From: Halarcobacter sp.
Lineage (GTDB): Bacteria; Campylobacterota; Campylobacteria; Campylobacterales; Arcobacteraceae
Direction: 5' to 3'
Length of the DNA stretch: 64,000 nucleotides
NCBI GenBank assembly: GCA_048571215.1
Contig: CP182352.1
Coordinates: 1,920,001 to 1,984,000, forward strand
Every line of letters starts with the position of its first letter. Within the stretch, counting starts at the first letter, position 1. Shown here in pieces: positions 20,149 to 30,246 of the stretch. Below the pieces are notes generated by a model. It saw only the letters and a list, made by a program, of their open reading frames with translations. It searched no databases and was not told the origin of the DNA. A program made the position numbers and the translations under genes.

Positions 20149-20433
20149 TAATAACCTAAAAATCAATAAATATCATACAATATAAATGTCGTATATTAAA
20201 ATAAATACAAAGCCTTTAAATAAAGTGTTCATCAGTATTTTACTCTAAAAAATACTGCAATACATAATATTTTTTAAATATATTTTAACTTTCTAATATA
20301 GTTTTTATGTACGTTTTATATCGATATTTAGATGATAATAGTACATTTTGTATGTATATTAAGATAATATCGTAATAACATACATTATGTTATATTTATT
20401 AAGAAGTCAATTATTAATCCAATTTATAACTAA

Positions 20434-21144
20434 TTAGCCTCTTTCTATCAAATACCCCAAACCTTTTTTTGAAACAATAAAATCGTCATCAGATATCTTA
20501 TCTTTAACCCTTTTTATAACTGTACGCATAGTTGCATCGGAAGTATTGATATCATTCCAGATGAACTCTTTTAGATACTCTTTTGTTTTTATCTCTTTTA
20601 TATTTTTAACTAAAGCTTCTAAAAGTAGTTTCTCTTTTTTTGATAAGTTTACTAACTCATCATTTCTATATAGAAGATTTGTTTTTCTATTGTATTGATA
20701 TGTGCTATTTAAATCTATGACTTCTTCCTCAGGGCTTGCATTTGATTTCTCTTCTAGAACTTTTGATTTTACTTTTTTTAACATCTCCATCATATTTTTT
20801 ACTTCCAAAGGTTTTACAAAATATGAGATTACATTTAGATTTATCGATTTGAAAAGGTACTCTTCATCTTTATATGCTGATACTATTATAAATTTTTGGT
20901 CTTCATTTATATTTGTAATATGTTCTATCATAGATAATCCATCAAGTTTTGGCATTTGGATATCTGTTAAAACTAAATCAAAAGTTTTATTATCTTGGTA
21001 TGCCTTCTCATAAAGTTCCAAGCCCTCTTTCCCATCACAAGCTATTGATACTTTATCAAAAACCGTATCAAGGTAGAAACTTAATATCTCTCTTGCATCC
21101 TCTTCATCTTCAACTAATAATACTCTTGTAATATATTCATTCAT
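20434..21144 (-). CDS. OmpR-family response regulator
   Basis: VEDE and TDIQMP receiver motifs; winged-helix C-terminus GLGY. Confidence 0.93.
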   Translation of the reverse strand: MNEYITRVLLVEDEEDAREILSFYLDTVFDKVSIACDGKEGLELYEKAYQDNKTFDLVLTDIQMPKLDGLSMIEHITNINEDQKFIIVSAYKDEEYLFKSINLNVISYFVKPLEVKNMMEMLKKVKSKVLEEKSNASPEEEVIDLNSTYQYNRKTNLLYRNDELVNLSKKEKLLLEALVKNIKEIKTKEYLKEFIWNDINTSDATMRTVIKRVKDKISDDDFIVSKKGLGYLIERG

Positions 21145-21161
21145 TTTATTATCCTGTGAAG

Positions 21162-23771
21162 TTAAATATTTAGTGTGATAATAAACTTCACACCATCTTC
21201 TATATTTTCTACTTCGATTTTTCCTTTCATATTAGTTTCAATAATTGACTTTGTCATATAAAGTCCTATTCCTGTCCCCTGACATTCAAACTTTGTTGTA
21301 AAATATGGCTCATAAATCTTGTATAAAATCTCTTCATCTATATTTCCTCCATTGTTTGATATTTCCAAGATTAGCTTAGTATCATCTTTGTGAAGTGATA
21401 TATTAATCAAGGCTTCAAAATCCTCTTTCTCTTTTTTTGCAAGTAAAGCGTCTTTTGCATTATTTAAGATATTTAATAAAGCTTGTTTTAGTTCATTTTC
21501 ATAATTAGTTATCTCTATCTTTTCATATTTAAAATCTATTTTGATATTTTCACTTTCATATTGGTTTCTAACCATATCCAATAGTGTATCAATAGACTCA
21601 TTTACATAAAACTTATTTTGTGTTTTAGATGGTTTGTAAAAATTTCTAAAATCATCTATTGTTTCACTCATATACTCTATATGTTTATTTGCTTTGTTCA
21701 TAAATTTATCAAGCTTTTCATCACTTACATCTTTATTTTTATAATTATCTCGTAAGAATTGAAGTATCAATGATACGTTATTTAGTGGTTGTCTCCATTG
21801 GTGGGCTATATTACCCAACATCTCTCCCATGGCTGCTAGTTTATTTTGTTGGATTAGGATTCTATCTTTGTCTCTATTTTTTGAAAGTTCCTCTTCAACT
21901 TTTAATTTAAGTTCCTCTTCACTAAGTTTTATTTTAGTTATATCATTTAAATAACCGTAAAATTGGCTTACCTGCCCTGAATGGTTTTTTATAAGTATTA
22001 CCCTACTTGATATCCATCTTGTCTCATTTGCAGCGTTAATCATTCGACAAATAAAAGTAAAATTTGGCAGGTCTTTTTTTACAGCTGCATTAATAGCAAC
22101 TTGTACCTTGTCAACATCTTCTTTATGAATAAGATCCATAAACTTCATATTCTCTTGTTCAAACTCTTTTTTACTATATCCAAAAGTTTGAATACTATTT
22201 GAGATATATTGCACTGACAAATCTTCATTATTTAGAAGTTTAAAAATTACAATTTTTCCATCTTCAACTAATAATTCAACATCAAGTAGTTCTTTTTTCA
22301 TTCTTTTATTTTTGTCTATATCCATAGACATCATAAGCATTCTATCTAGTTCACCATTTTCATCTAAAAAAGATTTACCCCTTGCTAAAACCCATTTAAA
22401 ACCTTCATTTTTTGTCTTTAATCTATACTCACAAATAAAAGTATCATCACCTTTTGCAAAGATTTTATCAAAGAGTTTTTCGACCTTTACTTTATCTGCA
22501 TTATGAATCAAATCAAACCAGTCCGAAAAAGTCAAAACTTCATCTTTTTCATACCCAAACATATCTAACCATTTATCAGAAAAATATATTTTTTCTGTCT
22601 TAAGATCAATATCCCACAATCCATCATTTGAAGCGATAATTGCCAGCTCAAATCTTTTTTTCCAATGTATTAAAGATACTTTTCCATCTTCGAGTTCATC
22701 ATTATATTCTGTAATAATATTTTTAATAAAATTTGTAAAAAGATATGTAAGTAAAATAAGAAATCCAGCCCCAACTAAAATATACATTAATATTCTAAAA
22801 AGTAGATTTCTATACTCCTTTTCGATTTTATAAATTGTATCTTTTAACTGATTTTCAATAATATCTTTATCATAAATAGTGGAAACCAAAAAATCAAATT
22901 TATCATAAAAATAACTAAAGTTTTTAAACTCATCATTGTAATCAAAACTATTCAAATAATGTTTTACGATTTCATATGATTTATTATTTTTTCTATTCTT
23001 AAATATATCACTAGAATCTTCATATCTCTTATTGCCATTAAAGTTATATGTCTTTTGAGAAATAATATCATAAAACCATATTGGAAAATTCTTATTATTG
23101 ATTGCAGTTATAATAGCTGTTTTAGTAATCTCTTTAATTGAATTTATTGTGGAAAAAGAGCCAATAAAATACTCTTTATTGTTGATAGTTAATTTATCAA
23201 AAAAACTCAATCTAACTGTTCGTGCAACATCATCTTTCCAATATTGAAGGTTATCATTACCTTGAGAATATATATATTTTAAAATAAACTCTTTGTATTT
23301 TTTATTTTTATAACTATAAATTAGATTTCCTAAATATAAAATTGAATTTTCACCATATAAAATTTTTAAATCATCTTTTGTAAAAATTACGATATTTAGA
23401 TCATTTGTATTTTCTATATTTTTTATATAGCTATCCAAGTTTTTTTTATCTTTTAATTTATTTGCTTGTATAAATCCAACTACTTTATAAGTGATATTTT
23501 TAAGGTGTATCTCTTCTTTAGAAAACCTATCTTTTAGCTTTTTGTCTATATAAGATCTAAATGCATTTATCTCTTCTTTTTTAGTAAATTCATAGTTTAA
23601 AAAGTATTTTTGTTTTAAAAGGTCTATTTCTCTACTTTGTTTAGAATCTAATATAAAAAAAGTAATAAGAAAAGATAATAGAGCAATTACAATTATAAAA
23701 ATAAGTGGAATCTGTGAATATAATCGCTCTATATCGTGTAAGCTATATTTTTTTTTGTTTTTTAAGATCAT
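21162..23771 (-). CDS. PAS-domain sensor histidine kinase
   Basis: Two TM segments, two PAS domains, IAHQWRQPL H-box, FTTK and GTGIGLY. Confidence 0.93.
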   Translation of the reverse strand: MILKNKKKYSLHDIERLYSQIPLIFIIVIALLSFLITFFILDSKQSREIDLLKQKYFLNYEFTKKEEINAFRSYIDKKLKDRFSKEEIHLKNITYKVVGFIQANKLKDKKNLDSYIKNIENTNDLNIVIFTKDDLKILYGENSILYLGNLIYSYKNKKYKEFILKYIYSQGNDNLQYWKDDVARTVRLSFFDKLTINNKEYFIGSFSTINSIKEITKTAIITAINNKNFPIWFYDIISQKTYNFNGNKRYEDSSDIFKNRKNNKSYEIVKHYLNSFDYNDEFKNFSYFYDKFDFLVSTIYDKDIIENQLKDTIYKIEKEYRNLLFRILMYILVGAGFLILLTYLFTNFIKNIITEYNDELEDGKVSLIHWKKRFELAIIASNDGLWDIDLKTEKIYFSDKWLDMFGYEKDEVLTFSDWFDLIHNADKVKVEKLFDKIFAKGDDTFICEYRLKTKNEGFKWVLARGKSFLDENGELDRMLMMSMDIDKNKRMKKELLDVELLVEDGKIVIFKLLNNEDLSVQYISNSIQTFGYSKKEFEQENMKFMDLIHKEDVDKVQVAINAAVKKDLPNFTFICRMINAANETRWISSRVILIKNHSGQVSQFYGYLNDITKIKLSEEELKLKVEEELSKNRDKDRILIQQNKLAAMGEMLGNIAHQWRQPLNNVSLILQFLRDNYKNKDVSDEKLDKFMNKANKHIEYMSETIDDFRNFYKPSKTQNKFYVNESIDTLLDMVRNQYESENIKIDFKYEKIEITNYENELKQALLNILNNAKDALLAKKEKEDFEALINISLHKDDTKLILEISNNGGNIDEEILYKIYEPYFTTKFECQGTGIGLYMTKSIIETNMKGKIEVENIEDGVKFIITLNI

Positions 23772-23781
23772 TTAATAACCT

Positions 23782-23799
23782 GTTTCATAATTGTTTCAA
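23782..23799. promoter_or_regulatory. OmpR-type direct repeat
   Basis: TGTTTCA-TAAT-TGTTTCA just upstream of the kinase start. Confidence 0.45.
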
Positions 23800-23834
23800 G
23801 TGATACAATTATATTGAAACTTTACTAAATATTG

Positions 23835-24326
23835 CTAATTAATTAAAAATTGTCCTACTGATCTATCTTTTTTAAGTCTGTTATGCTCTACAACAACCCC
23901 ATGCATTGAGATATAAATTCCAGCTTTAATATCTGCATTTAAAAACCCCAAAGCTTGTGAGAAATTCATAGTTGCTTCAACCTCATCAATACTCATTGGA
24001 ACCATAGCACCAGTGAAAACTATCTTTTTACCTTCGATTTTTTCCTCAAAAAACTTTGAAGTTAAATCAACGGTATCTGTTCCATGTATGATTATGATTT
24101 TATCACTTGTGCTGTTTTTTACCTCATCTAAAATAGTTTGTCTATCATCATCTGTAAAATCCAAACTATCTTTAGAAACTATATTTTTAATATCAAAAGT
24201 TACATTATGACAAGATTTTATTATCTTGTCTAAGGCTATATTATCACTAGGAACTTCAAGTTTCCCTTTGATAGGGTTATATCTTTTATTAAAAGTTCCA
24301 CCAGTATTTAGAACTGTTACGGTCAT
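23835..24326 (-). CDS. Short asparaginase-domain protein (N-terminal domain only)
   Basis: TGGT, HGTDT and TGAM motifs; 163 aa. Confidence 0.88.
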   Translation of the reverse strand: MTVTVLNTGGTFNKRYNPIKGKLEVPSDNIALDKIIKSCHNVTFDIKNIVSKDSLDFTDDDRQTILDEVKNSTSDKIIIIHGTDTVDLTSKFFEEKIEGKKIVFTGAMVPMSIDEVEATMNFSQALGFLNADIKAGIYISMHGVVVEHNRLKKDRSVGQFLIN

Positions 24327-25735
24327 TTAACTTCCTTTATTAGATTATTTACCATGTTTTCAGGTCTTAATAACTCATCTAACTCTTCTTTTGTAAATAG
24401 TTCTTGCTCTAAAATTATATCATATACTCTTTTGTCTGTTTTAAGTGCTTCTTTTGCTAAAGCTGAACTTTTTTCATATCCTAAAATTGGATTTAAACAA
24501 GTTACCAAAGTAACAGAGTTTAAGATATTGTTCATACATACATCTTCATTTGCAGTGATACCTTTTACACATTTTTCACCTAAAGAATAAAATGCTCTTC
24601 TCATCATATTTATTGAAGTAAATAGTTTATATGCAATTAATGGTTCAAATACATTAAGTTGTAATTGTCCACCTTCACTAGCTATAGAAATAGTTGTATC
24701 AGCACCAATTACCTCAAAGGCAACTTGATTTACAACTTCTGGAATTACTGGATTTACTTTTCCAGGCATAATTGAACTTCCAGGTTGCATTGGTGGAAGA
24801 TTTATCTCATTGAACCCTGCCCTTGGACCAGAACTTAAAAGTCTTAAATCATTACAAATCTTTGACATCTTGATTGCAACTCTTTTTAGTATCCCTGAGA
24901 TATGAACAAAAGCACCAGTATCTTGTGTTGCTTCTATTAAATCCCCTGCATTAATATAATCAATTCCAGTAACCTCTCTTAGGTTACTAATAACTTTTCT
25001 TTGATATGCAGGTTTTGAATTTATTCCTGTACCTATTGCAGTTGCACCTAGATTAACCTCTTTTAAAAGTGCTTGGGCGTCTCTTAATCTAAATATATCT
25101 TCATCAATCATAACAGCATAGGTTTTAAACTCTTGACCTAAGGTCATAGGAACAGCATCTTGAAGCTGTGTTCTTCCCATTTTAAGTACATCTTTAAACT
25201 CCACTGCTTTCTCTTCAAAACAATCCCTTAAAAACCGTAAACTATCTTTTAATTTATATATCAATTCATACAGAGTTAATTTTATAGCAGTAGGATATAC
25301 ATCATTTGTAGATTGACTCATATTAATATGGTTATTAGGATGGATAATATCATAAGAACTTCTTGGTTTTCCAAGTATCTCTAAAGCTCTATTTGCAATA
25401 ACTTCATTTGCATTCATATTTGTAGAAGTTCCCGCTCCACCTTGGATTGGATCAACTATAAACTCATCATGAAATTTTCCATCAATTATCTCATTACAAG
25501 CTTGAATTATTGCATCCCTTTGGATATCTGTTAAATCTCCCAATTCATAATTTGTTAAGGCACAAGATTTTTTAACCTTTGCAAGTGATTTAATAAAAGT
25601 TGGAAATAAAGATAAACTAGTATGAGTAATATCAAAATTCTCACTAGCTCTTAAAGTTTGTATCCCATAATAAGCATTACTCTCAATCTCTTTTTCACCC
25701 AAAAAATCTTTTTCAATTCTATATTTCTTTTCCAT
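24323..25735 (-). CDS. aspA: Aspartate ammonia-lyase
   Basis: GGAGTSTNMNANE, GRTQLQDAVP and GSSIMPGKVNP motifs. Confidence 0.95.
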   Translation of the reverse strand: MEKKYRIEKDFLGEKEIESNAYYGIQTLRASENFDITHTSLSLFPTFIKSLAKVKKSCALTNYELGDLTDIQRDAIIQACNEIIDGKFHDEFIVDPIQGGAGTSTNMNANEVIANRALEILGKPRSSYDIIHPNNHINMSQSTNDVYPTAIKLTLYELIYKLKDSLRFLRDCFEEKAVEFKDVLKMGRTQLQDAVPMTLGQEFKTYAVMIDEDIFRLRDAQALLKEVNLGATAIGTGINSKPAYQRKVISNLREVTGIDYINAGDLIEATQDTGAFVHISGILKRVAIKMSKICNDLRLLSSGPRAGFNEINLPPMQPGSSIMPGKVNPVIPEVVNQVAFEVIGADTTISIASEGGQLQLNVFEPLIAYKLFTSINMMRRAFYSLGEKCVKGITANEDVCMNNILNSVTLVTCLNPILGYEKSSALAKEALKTDKRVYDIILEQELFTKEELDELLRPENMVNNLIKEVK

Positions 25736-25934
25736 GTTTTCCCTTTATTTATAAATCATAATAGTATAAAACAAAAGTATGTAAAAAGTGTGCTTTTTGT
25801 TTTAAAGCAAAAGTATAACTACTTTGAGGAAAGTTTTTAATTATATATTAAAAGAAAAGTGATTTTTTAAAATAAAAAGAGTCACTTTTTTGTAAGTTAT
25901 AAATATATTGTTCACAATTTAAACACAAAATAAG

Positions 25935-25963
25935 TTGACATAGCACTTTTTTTTAGTTAGAAT
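25935..25963 (+). promoter_or_regulatory. Sigma70-type promoter of the ectoine cluster
   Basis: TTGACA-N17-TAGAAT. Confidence 0.75.
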
Positions 25964-25993
25964 TTTCTAAAATATACAAAAAGGAGTTAACAT

Positions 25994-26143
25994 ATGTGTT
26001 TTTATAATAATAAACTATTAGACTTAGAATATGTATTTGACTTGCTTATTAAATCAAATGATATGTATATTATTCCACGACCAATAAAACAAATTCAAAA
26101 CTTACTTATCCAAGATAGAAATTTTATTTTAGCTGCCAGGTAG
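25994..26143 (+). CDS. 49-aa putative leader peptide or small protein
   Basis: AAGGAG RBS; MCFYNNKLLDLEYVFDLLIKSNDMYIIPRPIKQIQNLLIQDRNFILAAR-TAG; below the ORF-track size cut-off. Confidence 0.55.
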   Translation: MCFYNNKLLDLEYVFDLLIKSNDMYIIPRPIKQIQNLLIQDRNFILAAR

Positions 26144-26296
26144 ACCCCACACAATTATCCTTGATTATTTTAATTGTCAAATTAAGTGATAAAATTTATC
26201 CTATATAAATAATTTATATATAAATATTATACTTAATTTAGCGGGTCTTATTTTAAAAATCAAAAAAAAAGTTATATTATTATTTAAGGAAAAAAA

Positions 26297-27541
26297 ATGG
26301 CAAACGAAACAAATATTTTTGAACAACACGAATCTGAAATTAGAGCATATTGTAGAGCAGTACCAACTGTTTTTAAATCTGCTAAAAATGCAGTGATGAT
26401 AGATGAAAACGATGATGATTATATAGATTTTTTTGCTGGAGCTGGAGTTTTAAACTTTGGTCACAACAATCAAAAAATGCAAGATGCAATTATAGAGTTT
26501 ATAAAAAATGATGGTGTAATCCAATCTTTAGATATGTTTACGGATGTAAAAAGAGATTTCATTCAAACTTTTGTAAAAACAATTTTAGAACCAAGAGGAA
26601 TGGGTGATTACAAACTTCAATTTACAGGTCCTACAGGAACAAATGCAGTTGAAGCAGCATTAAAACTAGCTAGAAAAGTTACAGGAAGAACTGAAGTAGT
26701 AGCTTTCCATAGAGGTTTTCATGGTATGACATTAGGAGCATTAGCTTGTACAGCTAATAATGCTTTTAGAAGTAGTTCAGGGGTTCCCTTAAACAATGTG
26801 ATTAGAGGTACATTTAACGATATGCATGCTTTAGAACTTATGAGACAACAAATAGAACATACAGGTTCAGGTCTTACACCTCCTGCTGCATTTTTAGTTG
26901 AACCTTTACAAGCTGAAGGTGGAGTTCATGAGGCTAGTTACGAATGGATTCAAGCTGTTCAAAAATTAGCAAAAGATACAGGTGCACTTTTAATTCTTGA
27001 TGATATTCAAGGAGCAAGTGGAAGAACAGGTAGTTATTTTAGTTTTGATGATATGGATTTAGACCCAGATATTATTGTTCTTGCAAAAGGTCTTGGTGGA
27101 CTTGGTACTCCTATTGGGATGTGCGTAAACAAACCAGAGCATGACAAGGCTTGGGGACCTGGACAACATACAGGTACATTTAGAGGTCAAGGCTTATCTT
27201 ATGTAGCAGGAAAAATTGGAATCGAATTCTTTAAAGATGAAACTTTTAACAATGAAACAAAAAGAAAAGGTGAAATTGTAAGAGCTGTTTTAGATGAACT
27301 TAACAATAAATATTCACAAGTTACTAGTGTAAGACAAAAAGGGATGATGCTAGCAATACAGTTTGATTCTCCTGCAACTGCAAAAGCTATCACAACTAAA
27401 TGTTTTGAAAATAAACTAATCATTGGTGCTTGCAGTACTGGTGAAATTATTAAATTTATTCCACCACTAACTATTGAAGATGAAACTTTAAAAGATGGTC
27501 TAGACAGATTTGTAGCTTCTGTTGAAGCAAGTTTAGGTTAA
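26297..27541 (+). CDS. ectB: Diaminobutyrate aminotransferase (EctB-like, class III PLP)
   Basis: ESEIRAYCR, YIDFFAGAGVLNFGHN, GPTGTNAVEAALK and HTGTFRG motifs. Confidence 0.85.
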   Translation: MANETNIFEQHESEIRAYCRAVPTVFKSAKNAVMIDENDDDYIDFFAGAGVLNFGHNNQKMQDAIIEFIKNDGVIQSLDMFTDVKRDFIQTFVKTILEPRGMGDYKLQFTGPTGTNAVEAALKLARKVTGRTEVVAFHRGFHGMTLGALACTANNAFRSSSGVPLNNVIRGTFNDMHALELMRQQIEHTGSGLTPPAAFLVEPLQAEGGVHEASYEWIQAVQKLAKDTGALLILDDIQGASGRTGSYFSFDDMDLDPDIIVLAKGLGGLGTPIGMCVNKPEHDKAWGPGQHTGTFRGQGLSYVAGKIGIEFFKDETFNNETKRKGEIVRAVLDELNNKYSQVTSVRQKGMMLAIQFDSPATAKAITTKCFENKLIIGACSTGEIIKFIPPLTIEDETLKDGLDRFVASVEASLG

Positions 27542-27550
27542 GGAGTTATT

Positions 27551-28945
27551 ATGGGATACAGTTCAACACACTTTAAATCAATAAATCCATACACTGAAGA
27601 AACAGTGTATGAGATCCCTATGAATACACCTGAAGAGGTAAAGGATATTATTGAAAACTCTCAAAAGGCATATTTAAATACTTGGAGAGATACTTCTTTT
27701 GAACAAAGAGCAGAACTTTTAAGAGCTGTTGCAAAAGAGATGAAAGATAATCTTGATGAATATGCATTACCTATGACAGAAGAGATGGGTAAACCTATAA
27801 ATGAAGCAAGAGGTGAAGTAAATAAAGCGGCTTGGGCTGCTGAACACTATGCCGAAAATGCACAAGAATACTTAAAAACAGAATATATTGATTCTGATGC
27901 AACAGAAAGTTATGTTCAATATTTACCATTAGGTGTAACCTTAGGAGTTCTTCCTTGGAATGCACCTTTTTGGTTGGCTTTTAGATATTTGGCTCCTGCA
28001 CTTATGTCTGGGAATACTTGTATTATGAAACATGATTCCCATACACCATTATGTGCAGTTAAAATCGTACAAGCTTTTGAAAAAGCTGGTATGCCTGCAA
28101 ACGTAGTACAAAATGTTGTGATAAACCACTCTCAAATTGAAGCAATCATTAGACATCCTTTGGTAACAGGAGTTTCTCTAACAGGTTCATCAAAAGCAGG
28201 TGCTGCAATTGGTGGTATTGCAGGAAGTGAAATCAAGCCAGTTGTACTTGAACTTGGGGGTAGTGATCCAGCTATTGTATTAGCTGATACAAAAGATTTA
28301 GAACATGCAGCAGATGTAATTGTATTATCAAGATATATAAATGCTGGTCAATCTTGTATCGCTGCAAAAAGAATCATTGTAGAAGAACCAATTTATGAAG
28401 ATTTTATCACTTTACTAAAAGAGAGATTTGAAAAACTAACTTTAGGTGACCCTAAAGATGAATCAACAAAAATTGGTCCAATAGCTAGACGTGAGTTAGT
28501 TGATGAGATGCATGAGCAAGTTAATAGATCAGTTAGTGCTGGAGCTAGACTGGTTTTAGGTGGTGAGATGCATGAAGGTCAAGGATTTTTCTTTCCAGTA
28601 ACTCTTTTAGCAGATGTAGAACCAGGTATGGTTGTATCTTGTCAAGAAACATTTGGACCAATTGCAGCAGTAATTAAAGCAAAAGATGCAGACCATGCAG
28701 TAAAAATTGCAAATGATACTGAATACGGTTTGGGTGGTTCTGTTTGGACAGGCGATGTTAAAAAAGGTCAAGAGATGGCTAGAAAAATAGTTACGGGACA
28801 AGTATCTATTAATGGAATTGTGAAATCAGACCCAAGACTTCCAAGTGGAGGAGTTAAAAAGTCAGGTTTAGGTAGAGAATTAGGACCTCATGGTATTAAA
28901 ATGTTTGTGAATACTCAACAAGTTTGGGTAGGTCCTGTTAAATAA
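27551..28945 (+). CDS. NAD(P)-dependent aldehyde dehydrogenase (SSADH-like; likely aspartate-semialdehyde oxidation)
   Basis: PWNAP, LELGGSD, catalytic GQSC and ETFGP motifs. Confidence 0.88.
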   Translation: MGYSSTHFKSINPYTEETVYEIPMNTPEEVKDIIENSQKAYLNTWRDTSFEQRAELLRAVAKEMKDNLDEYALPMTEEMGKPINEARGEVNKAAWAAEHYAENAQEYLKTEYIDSDATESYVQYLPLGVTLGVLPWNAPFWLAFRYLAPALMSGNTCIMKHDSHTPLCAVKIVQAFEKAGMPANVVQNVVINHSQIEAIIRHPLVTGVSLTGSSKAGAAIGGIAGSEIKPVVLELGGSDPAIVLADTKDLEHAADVIVLSRYINAGQSCIAAKRIIVEEPIYEDFITLLKERFEKLTLGDPKDESTKIGPIARRELVDEMHEQVNRSVSAGARLVLGGEMHEGQGFFFPVTLLADVEPGMVVSCQETFGPIAAVIKAKDADHAVKIANDTEYGLGGSVWTGDVKKGQEMARKIVTGQVSINGIVKSDPRLPSGGVKKSGLGRELGPHGIKMFVNTQQVWVGPVK

Positions 28946-28967
28946 TTAGCTATTAGTAAGGAAAAAA

Positions 28968-30152
28968 ATGAAAGCTAAATTGCCTTTTACAAAAAAAGAG
29001 TATATCCAAAGGGTTAGAAAAGTTAAATCGATGATGCAACAAAGAAGAATCGATGTATTAATTGCAACTGATCCAGGAAATATGAACTGGCTTACAGGAT
29101 ATGATGGTTGGTCTTTTTATGTTCATCAAGGGGTTATTATCTCCCTTGATGAAGAGGAACCTATTTGGTTTGGAAGACTTATGGATAAAAATGCAGCCTT
29201 AATAAAATGTTATATGAAAGAGGAAAACCTATATGGTTATCCAGAAAAATATGTACAAAACTTAGATGAACATCCAATGACTTGGATAGGTTTAAATATC
29301 TTTAATAAAAAAGGTTGGACAAAGTGTAATATAGCAACTGAAAGGGATAACTATTATTATTCTGCAGAAGCACACTTTAGACTAATTGCAACTTTACCAA
29401 ATGCAAACTTTATAAATGCAAATAATTTAGTAAATTGGGCTAGAGGAATTAAGTCTAAAAAAGAGATTGAGTATATGAAAATAGCTGGAAAAATCACTCA
29501 AAAAATTCATCAAAGAGTTTTAGATGTAGTTAGAGTTGGTATTCCAAAGAGTCATGTTGTTTCACAAATCTATGAAACTGCAATTGCAGGTGTTGATGGT
29601 TATGGAGGAGATTATCCTTCGATTGTTCCCCTACTTCCATCGGGAGCTGATGCTTCAGCATCTCATATTACTTGGGATGAACGACCTTTTAAAAAGAATG
29701 AGGCAACATATTTTGAGATATCGGGTTGTTATAAAAGATACCATGCTCCAATGTCTAGAACAATTTTTATGGGAAAACCTGAACAAAAATTTTTAGATGC
29801 AGAAAAAGCATTGGTTGAAGCAATTGATGCGGGATTAGAGCAGGCAAAACCAGGTAATAGAACTTGTGATATTGCAAATGCAGTTGATTTGGTTATGAAA
29901 AAATATGGAATAGATAGAAATGATGCCAGATGTGGTTATCCAATAGGGGTAAGTTACCCACCAGATTGGGGGGAAAGAACTTGTAGTTTAAGACCTTCTG
30001 ATTTGACTGTACTTGAACCGGGGATGACTTTTCACTTTATGCCAGGTATTTGGCAAGATAATTGGGGAATGGAGATTACTGAAAGTATTTATATTACAAA
30101 TACTGGGGTTGAAACTTTTTGTGATTTTCCAAGAGAATTATTTATCAAATAG
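28968..30152 (+). CDS. doeA: Ectoine hydrolase (M24 family, DoeA/EutD)
   Basis: TDPGNMNWLTGYDGWSFYVHQ and YPPDWGERT motifs; tea gene context. Confidence 0.88.
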   Translation: MKAKLPFTKKEYIQRVRKVKSMMQQRRIDVLIATDPGNMNWLTGYDGWSFYVHQGVIISLDEEEPIWFGRLMDKNAALIKCYMKEENLYGYPEKYVQNLDEHPMTWIGLNIFNKKGWTKCNIATERDNYYYSAEAHFRLIATLPNANFINANNLVNWARGIKSKKEIEYMKIAGKITQKIHQRVLDVVRVGIPKSHVVSQIYETAIAGVDGYGGDYPSIVPLLPSGADASASHITWDERPFKKNEATYFEISGCYKRYHAPMSRTIFMGKPEQKFLDAEKALVEAIDAGLEQAKPGNRTCDIANAVDLVMKKYGIDRNDARCGYPIGVSYPPDWGERTCSLRPSDLTVLEPGMTFHFMPGIWQDNWGMEITESIYITNTGVETFCDFPRELFIK

Positions 30153-30246
30153 ATTTAATCTAATAAGGAGGTATGATAATTAAAAAAATCACACTAATAA
30201 AAAGTATTAAATTAGAACTAAAATCAAAATAGAGAAAGGAATTAAC

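Noticed and set aside
20150..20430. Integron integrase gene next to the array heads (also checked 18593-18827 and 58662-58925)
   Set aside because: Only short AT-rich non-coding DNA; no tyrosine-recombinase ORF appears anywhere in the window.
25774..25792. AAAGTRTG-like tandem repeat upstream of aspA (similar sequence near 41917 upstream of the AGCS symporter)
   Set aside because: Too short and degenerate in AT-rich DNA to support a shared regulon without comparative data.
26297..27541. Ectoine biosynthesis operon (ectABC)
   Set aside because: No ectA or ectC nearby; neighbours are uptake and hydrolase genes, which points to catabolism.
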